Assembly: GCA_963773905.1 (NCBI GenBank)
Contig: CAVZDB010000008.1
Location: 147,869 to 211,868 of the forward strand
Reading direction: 5' to 3'
Length of the DNA stretch: 64,000 nucleotides
From: an uncultured Acidobacteriota bacterium
Lineage (GTDB): Bacteria > Acidobacteriota > Thermoanaerobaculia > UBA5066 > Gp7-AA6
How positions within the stretch are numbered: position 1 is the stretch's first letter; every line of letters begins with the position of its first letter. Below are positions 45,656-55,928 of this stretch, piece by piece. The position numbers and the translations under genes are program-made. Below the pieces are notes generated by a model. The model did not search any database. It had not been told where the DNA came from and saw only the letters and a list, made by a program, of their open reading frames with translations.

Positions 45656-45761
45656 CGACGCGACTTCCATCCCGACCCTTCATTCCGAATTTACGTGGGC
45701 TTCCTTTCCCGTTGACCGCGGGATTCTTTACTCGCCGTTCAATAGAGGAGGACCTACGACA

Positions 45762-46919
45762 ATGAAGCAGAGGTTGGGCCGATTTCTGGGGGCGTCTGCA
45801 GCCGCCGCGATGCTGCTCATCGGAACGGGCGCGGCGCGCGCGCAGGTCACGCCGGCCGAGGGCTATACCCCGCCCGACGACACGCCGTCGGTCAAGGTCG
45901 GCGGCGTCATCTTCGCCGACTACACCTATCAGAACTTCCCCAGGGCGACGGACGGCGACGGAAACGTCTACCATCCCAACGCCTTCAACATCTCCCGCGC
46001 GTACATCAACGTCACCGGCAACATCTCGCACCTGATCGCCTTCCGCATCACTCCCGACGTGGTTCGCGTGGGTACGGTCTCCGGCACGACGGGGACCGGG
46101 AGCGTCCCCGGGCTGAGTGGAACGCTGACCTATCGGCTCAAGTACGCGTACGGGCAGCTCAACCTCGACGACCTGGCCAACACGCCGTTCGGCAAAGTGG
46201 AGCAGTGGCATGGCTCCTGGGTCCGATTCGGCATGCAGCAGACGCCCTACGTCGACTTCCAGGAGACGGTCTACCGCTACAGGTTCCAGGGCACGATCTT
46301 CGTCGACCGCGAGGGATTCCTGACCTCCTCCGATCTCGGCGCGTCCGCGCATCTGGTCTTGCCCGGTAACTTCGGCGATATCCACGTCGGCGGATACAAC
46401 GGCGAGGGTTACACGGCGCCGGAGGCCAATGATCAGAAGGCGGTCCAGGCGCGCGTGACCATTCGGCCGTTCCCGAGGATTCCGATCCTGAAGGGTCTGC
46501 GCCTGACGGGATTCGGGGACTGGGACCACTACGTGCGCGATGCCCGCAAGCAGCGCGGGGTGATCGAGGCGACGTTCGAAAACCCCTGCCTCAACTTCGG
46601 CGCGACGTATATGAAGGCCAAGGACCAGGCCTCCTCCGCGAACGTGACCGAGGTGGACGCCGAGGGCTATTCGGTCTGGGTGACGCCCCGCACGCAGTTC
46701 GGCCTCGAGGCGCTCGTGCGCTACGACTACCTGAAGCCGAAGACGAGTACGGCGCAGCGCAAGGACCGCTTGATTGCGGGCCCCGCGTACTGGTTCCCGG
46801 TGAAGGGCAACGTGGCCGCCGCCATCCTCCTGGACTACGAGCAGGTGCGCTATCGCAACTACGCCCCTGCGCGTCCCAAGGAGGAGCGGTACGCGATCCA
46901 CACGCTCTTCAACTTCTAG
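45762..46919 (+). CDS. outer-membrane beta-barrel porin, probably phosphate-selective (OprO/P-like by context)
   Basis: This is the internal ATG of track ORF 45603..46919, after GAGGAGGA. Signal peptide: MKQRLGRFLGASAAAAMLLIGTGAARA. The sequence shows alternating beta-strand patterns and the terminal motif AIHTLFNF. It lies immediately upstream of pstS. Confidence 0.65.
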   Translation: MKQRLGRFLGASAAAAMLLIGTGAARAQVTPAEGYTPPDDTPSVKVGGVIFADYTYQNFPRATDGDGNVYHPNAFNISRAYINVTGNISHLIAFRITPDVVRVGTVSGTTGTGSVPGLSGTLTYRLKYAYGQLNLDDLANTPFGKVEQWHGSWVRFGMQQTPYVDFQETVYRYRFQGTIFVDREGFLTSSDLGASAHLVLPGNFGDIHVGGYNGEGYTAPEANDQKAVQARVTIRPFPRIPILKGLRLTGFGDWDHYVRDARKQRGVIEATFENPCLNFGATYMKAKDQASSANVTEVDAEGYSVWVTPRTQFGLEALVRYDYLKPKTSTAQRKDRLIAGPAYWFPVKGNVAAAILLDYEQVRYRNYAPARPKEERYAIHTLFNF

Positions 46920-46930
46920 TTAACAGAAGG

Positions 46931-46965
46931 TTCACGCGGATTTCACGCGCGAACTTCATCTTCCT
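46931..46965 (+). promoter_or_regulatory. PHO-box-like direct repeats upstream of pstS
   Basis: ggTTCACgcgga tTTCACgcgcgaac TTCATcttcc. TTCAC is at 46931 and 46942 (11-bp phase) and TTCAT at 46955. GAGGTGA precedes ATG 46980. Confidence 0.5.
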
Positions 46966-46979
46966 AACGAGGTGAAGCG

Positions 46980-48005
46980 ATGAAGACCATTCGAATCCTG
47001 GCCGTCGCCGCCGCGGGGCTCGCGGCCCTGGCCGCGTTCGCGACCGGTCAGACCGTACAGATCAACGGGGCGGGGGCGACGTTTCCCTATCCGATTTACT
47101 CGAAGTGGTTCTCCGAATACAACAAGCTGCATCCGGAGGTGGCGATCAACTACCAGTCGATCGGCTCCGGCGGCGGAATCCGTCAGCTCACGGCGCAGAC
47201 GGTCTTCTTCGGCGCGTCGGACGGCCCGATGACCTCGGAGCAATTGCAAAACGCTCCGGGCAAGGTCCTGCACCTGCCCACCGTGCTCGGCGGAGTCGTC
47301 CCGGTCTACAACATCCCGGAGGTGACCCAGGAGCTGAAGTTCACGGGGAAGGTGATCGCCGACATCATTCTCGGCAAGATCAACAAGTGGAACGACAGTG
47401 CCATCGCGGCTCTGAATCCGGGTGTCCGGCTTCCGGAGACCGACATCACGGTGGCGCACCGTTCGGACGGGTCCGGAACCACCTACATCTTCGTGGACTA
47501 CCTCGCGAAGGTCTCTCCCGAGTTCAAGAAGAAGGTCGGCGTCGCAACCGCCGTCAACTGGCCCGTCGGCGTCGGCGGGAAGGGCAACGAGGGCGTGGCC
47601 GGCCTCGTCAAGCAGACGCCGGGCTCCTTCGGCTACGTCGAGCTGATCTACGCGCTCCAGAACAAGATCTCGTACGGTTCGGTCCAGAACCTGGACGGCG
47701 AGTTCGTCAAGTCGAGCCTCGAGTCCGTGACCGCGGCGGCCTCGGCGGCGGCCAAGGCGATGCCCCCGGACTTCCGGGTTTCGATCACCAACGCCCCGGG
47801 CAAGGGCGTCTATCCGATCTCCTCGTTTACGTGGATCCTTCTCTATGAGAATGCGAGCGACAAGCAGCGCGCGAAGATCATGGTGGACTTCATGAAGTGG
47901 GCCCTGACGGACGGGCAGAAGTTCGCGCCGGATCTCGGCTACGCGCCGGTGCCCTCGGAGGTCGTCGGCCTGGAGATGGAAGCGCTCAAGAAGATCAAGA
48001 CCTAG
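46980..48005 (+). CDS. pstS: phosphate ABC transporter substrate-binding protein PstS
   Basis: Track ORF of 341 aa. Signal peptide; motifs INGAGATFPYPIYSKW, NYQSIGSGGGIRQ, FGASDGPM, HRSDGSGTT. Confidence 0.9.
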   Translation: MKTIRILAVAAAGLAALAAFATGQTVQINGAGATFPYPIYSKWFSEYNKLHPEVAINYQSIGSGGGIRQLTAQTVFFGASDGPMTSEQLQNAPGKVLHLPTVLGGVVPVYNIPEVTQELKFTGKVIADIILGKINKWNDSAIAALNPGVRLPETDITVAHRSDGSGTTYIFVDYLAKVSPEFKKKVGVATAVNWPVGVGGKGNEGVAGLVKQTPGSFGYVELIYALQNKISYGSVQNLDGEFVKSSLESVTAAASAAAKAMPPDFRVSITNAPGKGVYPISSFTWILLYENASDKQRAKIMVDFMKWALTDGQKFAPDLGYAPVPSEVVGLEMEALKKIKT

Positions 48006-48026
48006 GCCGGGGGCCGGAGCGTCTCC

Positions 48027-49014
48027 ATGAAGAAGACCCCGTCCTCGCGCCGGAGCGCCGACGACCGCGGCTTCCGCCTCGGGACGGGGTTCTTCGCGTT
48101 TCTCGTCGTCCTGCTCGTCTTGGGCATTCTCTTCGAGCTGTTCCGAACCTCCGGCCTGTCGGTCAGGAAGTTCGGCTTCAACTTCTGGCGGACGAGCACG
48201 TGGGATCCGGTCGCGGGCCAGTTCGGAGCCCTGCCGTTCATCTGGGGAACCCTGTACTCGTCGATCCTGGCGCTGGTCCTCTCGACCCCGGTGGCGCTGG
48301 GGATCGCCGTCTTCCTGTCGGAGCTCTCGCCTCGCGCGCCTGCGGACGCCGCTGACGTTCCTGACCGAGCTCCTCGCCGCGATCCCCTCGATCGTCTACG
48401 GCCTGTGGGGCATCTTCGTGCTCGTCCCGGTCGTCCGGAAGCTCGAGCTCCTGACGCCCCCGTGGCTCAAGAAGTTCCCCTTGTTCTCCGGCCCGCCCCT
48501 GGGCGTGGGCATGCTGGCCGCCGGGCTGATCCTGGCCGTCATGATCATTCCGTTCGCCTCGTCGGTGTCCCGGGAGGTTCTGAAGGCCGTGCCCGCGACC
48601 CAGCGCGAGGCGGCCTACGCCCTCGGCGCGACGCGCTGGGAGGCGATCCAGGCCGCGCTGCGCTTCGGCCGCACCGGCATCGTCGGCGCGATCATGCTGG
48701 GCTTCGGACGGGCCCTGGGCGAGACGATGGCGGTCACGATGGTCATCGGGAACAACCCGCGGATCAGCGCGTCGCTCTATGCCGCGCAGCACACGATGTC
48801 CGCCGTGATCGCCAACGAGTTCACCGAGGCGGACACCGACCTCTACCTCTCGGCCCTGATCGAGATCGGCCTCGTGCTCTTCATCCTGACCGTGATCATC
48901 AACGCGATCTCGCGGCTCCTGATCTGGAGCGTCAGCCGCGAGGTCAAGGTCAGGCCGGCGAAGGTGGCGGCGCCGGTTGCGCCCGCCCCCGAGGCCCCCG
49001 GGGCGGCGGCATGA
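48027..49014 (+). pseudogene. pstC: phosphate ABC transporter permease PstC; one indel
   Basis: The N-terminus is in track ORF 48027 (...GALPFIWGTLYSSILALVLSTPVALGIAVFLSELSP). The rest is track ORF 48418..49014 (EAAYALGATRWE, GRALGETMAV). The frame switch is near 48335-48340, where LRTPLTFLTELLAAIPSIVYGLWG reads on in the +1 frame. Confidence 0.85.
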
Positions 49015-49855
49015 ACAAGACCGCGCGACGCAAGGCGCTCTCGAACGTCGTCGTCCTCTTCTGCGCGGCCTCGGTCGTCCTCGCGCTGATTCCGCTGGTG
49101 CTGATCTTCGTCTACGTCATCCAGCAGGGGTTCTCGTCGCTCAACTGGGACTTCTTCACGAAGATGCCCAAGCCCGTCGGCGAGACCGGCGGCGGAATGG
49201 CGAACGCGATCGTCGGGACCCTCATCCTCATCGCAATTGCGGCCGTGATCGCGATTCCGGTCGGGATCATCTCCGGCGTCTACCTCTCGGAGTACGGGCG
49301 CGCCAAGTTCGCGACGCTGGTCCGGTTCACGGCCGACGTCTTGAACGGCGTGCCCTCGATCGTGGTCGGCATCTTCGCGTACGGCCTCGCCGTGCTGCCG
49401 GTCAAGCATTTCTCCGCGCTCGCGGGCGGCCTCGCGCTCGGTTTCATGATGATCCCGATCATCACGCGCACGACGGAGGAGCTTCTCAACCTCGTGCCCG
49501 GAGCGCTCCGCGAGGGCGCGTTGGCCCTCGGCGCGACGAGGGCTCGCGCGGCCTTCTCGGTCATGGTGCCGGCCGCGTTGCCGGGCATCATGACCGGCAT
49601 CCTCGTCGCGTTCGCGCGTATCGCGGGAGAGACGGCGCCGCTCCTCTTCACGTCTTTCAACAACCGCTTTTTCTCGACGTCGCTCAACCAGCCGATCGCG
49701 TCGCTCACCGTGCAGGTCTTCACCTACGCCATCTCGCCCTACGAGGACTGGCACCGGCAGGCCTGGGCGGGCGCCCTCGTCCTGGTGGCCATGATCTTCG
49801 TCTTCTCCGTGCTGGCGCGGGTCGTCACGCGCCGCTTGGAAAGGATGCATCGCAC

Positions 49856-49859
<4 letters not shown>
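49011..49859 (+). CDS. pstA: phosphate ABC transporter permease PstA
   Basis: ATG 49011 (ATGA overlap with the pstC stop) lies in the frame of track ORF 48027..49859. Motifs: [35 protein letters not shown]. Confidence 0.9.
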
Positions 49860-50719
<860 letters not shown>

Positions 50720-50820
50720 GCGCATCCGCCAGGCCGTAGAAAAGAGAGACGATGAAATCGGTGGTCACCAAAGGAAAAGACGGACACGCGAGCCCCCGCG
50801 CCGAGGCGCATCCGGGGACG

Positions 50821-51507
50821 ATGAAGCGCATCGCGCTGATCGAGGACGACGCCGACATCGCGTACACGATCCGGCTCAATCTTCGGAAGGAGAAGCGCTA
50901 CCAGGTCGAGCACTACGTCTCGGGGATCGCCGCGCTGGCGGCCCTCCAGGAGAAGCCGTTCGACCTGATCATCCTGGACTTGAACCTGCCCGACATCGAC
51001 GGCCTGGCCCTGTGCCGCGAGCTGCGCCGCGTCGACGAGACGCGCAAGGTTCCGATCATCATGCTGACGGCCCGGGTCGAGGAGCGCGACAAGCTGCTCG
51101 GCTTCGAGATCGGCGCGGACGACTACATCACCAAGCCCTTCTCGATGCGCGAGCTCCTCGCGCGCGTCAACGCCCACCTCCGGCGGGTCGCCGCGTTCGA
51201 GACCTCGGAGGAGGAGATCTTCGACGACGGCGATCTGCACGTGGACCGGGCCCGCTTCGAGGTGCGTCTGCGGGGCGAGCGCGTGCACCTGACGAAGAAG
51301 GAGTTCGACCTGCTGTGGCTGCTGATTCGCAGCCGCAACCGCGTCGTGACGCGCGACGCCATCCTGGCGCGCCTCTGGGACTACGACGCCGACGTCGAGA
51401 CGCGAACGGTCGACGTGCACATCCGCGCGCTGCGCCGGAAGCTCGGCGATCAGCGCATCGAGACCGTCGTCGGCCTGGGCTACCGATACCGGGAAGCGGC
51501 CAAGTAG
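50821..51507 (+). CDS. phoB: OmpR/PhoB-family response regulator
   Basis: Track ORF 50752..51507. I prefer ATG 50821 (MKRIALIEDDADIA). Receiver motifs DLIILDLNLPDIDG and winged-helix LTKKEFDLLWLL, TVDVHIRALRRKL, VGLGYRY. The symbol is assigned by context (pst and phoR-like neighbours). Confidence 0.8.
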   Translation: MKRIALIEDDADIAYTIRLNLRKEKRYQVEHYVSGIAALAALQEKPFDLIILDLNLPDIDGLALCRELRRVDETRKVPIIMLTARVEERDKLLGFEIGADDYITKPFSMRELLARVNAHLRRVAAFETSEEEIFDDGDLHVDRARFEVRLRGERVHLTKKEFDLLWLLIRSRNRVVTRDAILARLWDYDADVETRTVDVHIRALRRKLGDQRIETVVGLGYRYREAAK

Positions 51508-51523
51508 AGCCGCGACTCCGCCC

Positions 51524-53251
51524 ATGAGGCTGCGGTCCCGCTTCACGGCGCTCTTCGCGATCCTGGCCGTCGCCGCCGTGGCCTTTCTGGTCGTGGTGTC
51601 GGACGCGACGCTCGCGCGCGCGGTCGAGGATCGCGTCACGGAGCGCTTCACGCGCGATCTCGAGCATCTCGTCGACGACCTGCTGCGCGGCGCCGTCCCG
51701 GCCGGGGAGCGCGACGCCTTCCTGCGGAAGGCCGCGGCGCAGCTGGGATGCCGCGTCACCTACGTCGACCCGGGCGGAAAGGTCCTGGACGACTCGGACC
51801 TCCTGCCCGCGGACGTGCCCGGCATGGAAAACCACGCCAAGCGTCCCGAGATCCGCGCGGCTCGGGAGGGAGGCTCCGGCACCGCTCTGCGCCTGTCGCC
51901 GACGGAGCGACAGACCATGCTTTACGTCGCGCGCGCCCTTCCGGACGGAAGCGTGCTGCGCGTGGCCGTCTCGGAGTCGCGGCTCCGGGAGGTGGAGCAG
52001 GTCTACGTCTGGCGGATGCGCGCCGCGATCGCGGTTGCCTGCCTCGGGCTCTTTCTGATCGGGGCGAGCCTCTCGCGCCGCTTCTCCGAGCCGATCGCGG
52101 AGCTGACGCGAGCCGCCGCCGCGGTCGCCGCCGGGGACTTCGCGCGCGACCTGCCGAGCGCGGGCGGCGAGGAGGTCCAGCTTCTCGGAGGCGCCCTCCA
52201 ACGGATGAAGGAATCGCTCTCGCGTGCGGTGTCGCTGGCCGAGGACGAGCGCCGCATGACCGCCATCGTCTTCGAGAGGCTCCCGGACGGGCTCGCGGTG
52301 GTGGACGCGCGCCTGCACGTCGTGGAGGCCAACGAGCGCTTCTCGCAGATGACGGGCGTGCCAACTCCGGTGGGCCGCGCCCTCTACGACCTGCTGCGGG
52401 AGCGCACGCTGTACGAGGCCTTCGAACAGACGGTGAAGACCGGAGAGGTCGGCGAGGCCACGGTGCGCCTGGAGGACGGCCGCATCTGGGCCCTCGTCGT
52501 CCAGGCGCTGCCGGCGGGCTCGCGCGCCGCCGCCGTGGGCGTCCTGCGCGACATCAGCGTGCTCGAGCGGACGGAGTCGATGCGGCGGACCTTCGTGGCG
52601 GACGTCTCGCACGAGCTGCGCACGCCGATCGCGTCGATCGCGGCCGCGGCGGAGACGCTGGCCGACGGCGGCGCCGACAAGGCGGAGACGGCCGAGCTCT
52701 TGGGATTGATCCAGCGCCAGTCGGACCGCATGCGCGAGCTGATCGACGACCTGATGGATCTCGCGCAGATCGAGAGCGGCGCGGTGCCGCTCGAGCGCCG
52801 GCCGGTGACGCTCCACGATCTGCTGACCGAGGTCGTCGAGGACCTCGAGGCGGCGGCGCGTGAGAAGGGTGTGAAGGTCAGCGTCGAAGGCGACGCGGAC
52901 CTGGCCGTGACCGGCGATCACCGAAGGCTTGGGCAGCTCACCCGGAACCTGATCGACAACGCCATCAAGTTCTCGCCGCCGGGGGCGTCGGTCTCGGTCC
53001 GCATCCTGCGCGACTCCGGCCGGCCGGGCTTCTCGGTCTCGGACCTGGGTCCGGGAATCCCCAAGTCGGAGCGGGACAAGATCTTTCAGCGTTTCTACCA
53101 GGTCGATCGCTCGCGCTCGAAGGCGAGGCCCGGCTCCGGGCTCGGGCTCGCGATCGTCAAGCACATTGCCCAGCTCCACGGCGCGACCGTGGAGGTTCAG
53201 GGCGAGGTCGGCGCCGGCAGCGTCTTCCAGGTGCGATTCCCGGCCGGTTGA
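51524..53251 (+). CDS. phoR: sensor histidine kinase (PhoR-like: TM, HAMP, PAS, HisKA, HATPase)
   Basis: Track ORF of 575 aa. Motifs: FVADVSHELRTPIASI, LIDNAIKFSP, DLGPGI, GSGLGLAIVKHI. It lies directly downstream of the response regulator. Confidence 0.8.
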   Translation: MRLRSRFTALFAILAVAAVAFLVVVSDATLARAVEDRVTERFTRDLEHLVDDLLRGAVPAGERDAFLRKAAAQLGCRVTYVDPGGKVLDDSDLLPADVPGMENHAKRPEIRAAREGGSGTALRLSPTERQTMLYVARALPDGSVLRVAVSESRLREVEQVYVWRMRAAIAVACLGLFLIGASLSRRFSEPIAELTRAAAAVAAGDFARDLPSAGGEEVQLLGGALQRMKESLSRAVSLAEDERRMTAIVFERLPDGLAVVDARLHVVEANERFSQMTGVPTPVGRALYDLLRERTLYEAFEQTVKTGEVGEATVRLEDGRIWALVVQALPAGSRAAAVGVLRDISVLERTESMRRTFVADVSHELRTPIASIAAAAETLADGGADKAETAELLGLIQRQSDRMRELIDDLMDLAQIESGAVPLERRPVTLHDLLTEVVEDLEAAAREKGVKVSVEGDADLAVTGDHRRLGQLTRNLIDNAIKFSPPGASVSVRILRDSGRPGFSVSDLGPGIPKSERDKIFQRFYQVDRSRSKARPGSGLGLAIVKHIAQLHGATVEVQGEVGAGSVFQVRFPAG

Positions 53252-53338
53252 GCGACCGGCGACGCCAGAGCGCGTCGCGCCGCGTGTAAAGGCCGCGTGA
53301 AGGCGTGGGGTAGGATAGCGCCCCGTTCCGGAGGCGCG

Positions 53339-53953
53339 ATGCTCAATTTTCTCCCGCGCGACCTGAAGTATTTCGAGCGCTTCAACGAGATGGCGGTCCG
53401 CATCTACGAGGCCGCAAGGATCCTGGAGACGTACTTCCAGGAACAGGCCCCCGTGGCGACGGTCGCGGACCAGGTCAAGCGGCTCGAGCACGAGTGCGAC
53501 GAGATCTCGCACGAGATCCTGCGCGGAATCGACCGCACCTTCATCACCCCCATCGACCGCGAGGACATCCACCGCCTCGCGATTCGCCTCGACGACGTGA
53601 TGGACCTGATCGACGGAACGGTGCGGCGCGTGTCCCTCTTCCGGATCGAGGGCCCCACACCCCTTTCCCAGTCGCTCAGCCGCCTCATCGTGACGACCAC
53701 CGGGGAGCTCGTCGAGGCGGTCTCCCAGCTGCGGTCCCAGAAGGGCGTGATGCCCCATTGCATCCGCATCAAGCAGCTCGAGAACGAGGCGGACGTGGTC
53801 TACCACGAGGCGATCGGGTCGCTCTTCGCGGAGAACCGGGACGCCATCGACGTCATCAAGTGGAAAGAGATCTACGACAACATGGAGCGCTGCGTCGACT
53901 CCTGCGTCACGGTCGCGCAGATCCTCGAGAGCGTCGTACTCAAGCATTCCTGA
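53339..53953 (+). CDS. DUF47 (PhoU-like, Pit-accessory) family protein
   Basis: This is the internal ATG of track ORF 53297..53953, after GGAGG. Motifs: MLNFLPRDLKYFERFNE..., HECDEISHEIL..., FITPIDREDIHRLA..LDDVMD, ENEADVVYHEAI. It precedes a PiT transporter. Confidence 0.85.
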   Translation: MLNFLPRDLKYFERFNEMAVRIYEAARILETYFQEQAPVATVADQVKRLEHECDEISHEILRGIDRTFITPIDREDIHRLAIRLDDVMDLIDGTVRRVSLFRIEGPTPLSQSLSRLIVTTTGELVEAVSQLRSQKGVMPHCIRIKQLENEADVVYHEAIGSLFAENRDAIDVIKWKEIYDNMERCVDSCVTVAQILESVVLKHS

Positions 53954-53974
53954 GCCGTCCGGAAAGCGCGCGTC

Positions 53975-55006
53975 GTGACGTACGTCCTGATCATCATCGC
54001 CGTCGCTCTCGTCTTCGACTTCATCAACGGCATGCACGACTCCGCGAACTCGATCGCGACGGTCGTGTCCACGCGGGTGCTCTCGCCTCTCATGGCCGTG
54101 GTCTGGGCGGCGTTCTTCAACTTCGTGGCGGCGTTCGTTTTCGGGACCGCCGTCGCGCGAACGATCGGATCCGGCCTCATCGACATCCGCGTGGTCAACT
54201 CGGACGTCGTGCTGGGCGGATTGATCGGAGCGATCGTCTGGAACCTGATCACCTGGTACTTCGGCATCCCATCCTCCTCGTCGCACGCGATCATCGGAGG
54301 TTACGCCGGGGCCGCGGTCGCGCGCGTGGGCGTGCGGGCGATCATTCCCGGAATGGCGTGGGTCAAGACACTGTCGTTCATCATCCTGTCGCCACTCCTC
54401 GGGATGACCGTGGCCTGGGCGCTCATGGTCGGGGTCGCCTGGACGTTTCAGCGAGTCCCGTACGGATCCGTCGACCGTTGGTTCCGGAGGGGGCAGCTCT
54501 TTTCGGCGGCCGGCTATTCGCTTTCTCATGGCGCGAACGACGCGCAGAAGACGATGGGAATCATTGCGAGCCTCCTGGTGGCGAACGAGGCGGTCTTCCG
54601 CGACCCGAAATCCGCGCTGCACTGGATGCATCTCCCCGATATCCAGACCATCCCCTGGTGGATCATTCTGTCGGCCCACGCCGCGATCGCTCTCGGCACG
54701 CTGACCGGCGGGTGGCGTATCGTGCGAACGATGGGGAGCCGCATCACGAAGCTCAAGCCGTATAGCGGGTTCTGCGCCGAGACCGGAGCCGCCGCGACCA
54801 TCGGGCTCGCGTCTCTCACAGGCGTTCCCGTTTCCACGACGCACACCATCACGGGAGCCGTGATCGGAGTGGGAGCGGCGCAGCGGTATTCGGCGGTGCG
54901 CTGGGGCGTGGCGGAGCGCATCGTCTACGCCTGGATCCTCACCATCCCGATGGCGGCTGCGATCGGGGCAATCAGCTACGGCGTTCTCTCGGCACTCGCG
55001 CGATGA
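53975..55006 (+). CDS. pit: inorganic phosphate transporter, PiT family
   Basis: Track ORF of 343 aa. Motifs: FDFINGMHDSANSIATVVSTR, SSSHAIIGG, SHGANDAQKTMG, GVPVSTTHTITGAVIGVG. Confidence 0.9.
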   Translation: MTYVLIIIAVALVFDFINGMHDSANSIATVVSTRVLSPLMAVVWAAFFNFVAAFVFGTAVARTIGSGLIDIRVVNSDVVLGGLIGAIVWNLITWYFGIPSSSSHAIIGGYAGAAVARVGVRAIIPGMAWVKTLSFIILSPLLGMTVAWALMVGVAWTFQRVPYGSVDRWFRRGQLFSAAGYSLSHGANDAQKTMGIIASLLVANEAVFRDPKSALHWMHLPDIQTIPWWIILSAHAAIALGTLTGGWRIVRTMGSRITKLKPYSGFCAETGAAATIGLASLTGVPVSTTHTITGAVIGVGAAQRYSAVRWGVAERIVYAWILTIPMAAAIGAISYGVLSALAR

Positions 55007-55770
55007 GACGCGCGGCGCGTCGCCTCCTGACCGCGGTTGCCGGCCTCGCCGCCGCGCAGGCGCTCTTCGCGGCTGCGTCGCAGCCGGATCCGGCCGTCTG
55101 GGACGCCATCCTCTCCGCGAGGGCGCGCGCCGCCGGCTTCGACTACGGGGGCGCCGACGGCCAGGACCGGAAACGCCTCGCGGCGTATCTCGCGAACCTC
55201 GGCGACGCGAACCCGCGAGAGATGAAGCCGGAGGAGCGCAAGGCGTTCTACATCAACGCCTACAACGCGATGGCGGTCGCGATCGTGCTCGAGCACTACC
55301 CGATTCCGAGCATCCGCGGCGTCGACGGCGCGTTCCAATCGGTCCGCAAGCGGATCGCGGGCGAGCTGCTCACGCTCGACGACATCGAGAACCGGCTGCG
55401 CGAAACGCGGGACGCGCGGATCCACTTCGCGATCGTGTGCGCGGCGAGGTCCGCCCCTCCGCTCCTCCCGAGGGCGTACCGCGCCGCGATGCTGTCCGCG
55501 GAACTGGACGCGCAGGGGAGGGCGTTCGTGCGGGACTCGACCAGGAACGTGATCGATCCGGAGGAGGGGAAGCTCCTGCTCTCGGAGATCTTCCAATGGA
55601 GCCGCAGGGAATTCGAGCGCGAGGCCGGGTCGCTCGGCGCCTACGTGGCCCGCTTCACTCCCCTCGCGGTCGGAGATTGGTTGAAAACCTTCGCGAAGTC
55701 GCCCGAATTCCTCCCGTTCGACTGGGCCCTGAACCAACCCCTCTCGACGGGAGACCGGCGGCAGAGGTAG
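55003..55770 (+). CDS. DUF547 domain-containing protein
   Basis: Track ORF of 255 aa. Motifs: FYINAYNAMAVAIVLEHYPIPSIR..., TLDDIENRLRE..DARIHFAIVCAARSAPPL. ATGA overlap with the PiT gene. Confidence 0.8.
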   Translation: MRRAARRLLTAVAGLAAAQALFAAASQPDPAVWDAILSARARAAGFDYGGADGQDRKRLAAYLANLGDANPREMKPEERKAFYINAYNAMAVAIVLEHYPIPSIRGVDGAFQSVRKRIAGELLTLDDIENRLRETRDARIHFAIVCAARSAPPLLPRAYRAAMLSAELDAQGRAFVRDSTRNVIDPEEGKLLLSEIFQWSRREFEREAGSLGAYVARFTPLAVGDWLKTFAKSPEFLPFDWALNQPLSTGDRRQR

Positions 55771-55928
55771 CCCAAAAAAAAGAAGCCCCTCTCGCGAGGG
55801 GCTGGAGGAGGAGATCGCGTGTGTCTGCCTCTTCTACGGACGAGGGCGCGCCAGCGTTGAGGAGCTGAGGATGTATTTTCGGAGGCCGCGATGAGCCTGT
55901 TCCTCGGCGCCGACGGACGCGAGAACCC

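Noticed and set aside
55774-55802. Hairpin gcccctc-tcgc-gaggggc (55785-55802) after the DUF547 gene, considered as an intrinsic terminator.
   Set aside because: The homopolymer (A8, 55774-55781) lies upstream of the stem on the plus strand and no T tract follows. In the orientation where a U tract would follow (minus strand), there is no gene to terminate. I kept it only as a possible atypical or bidirectional element.
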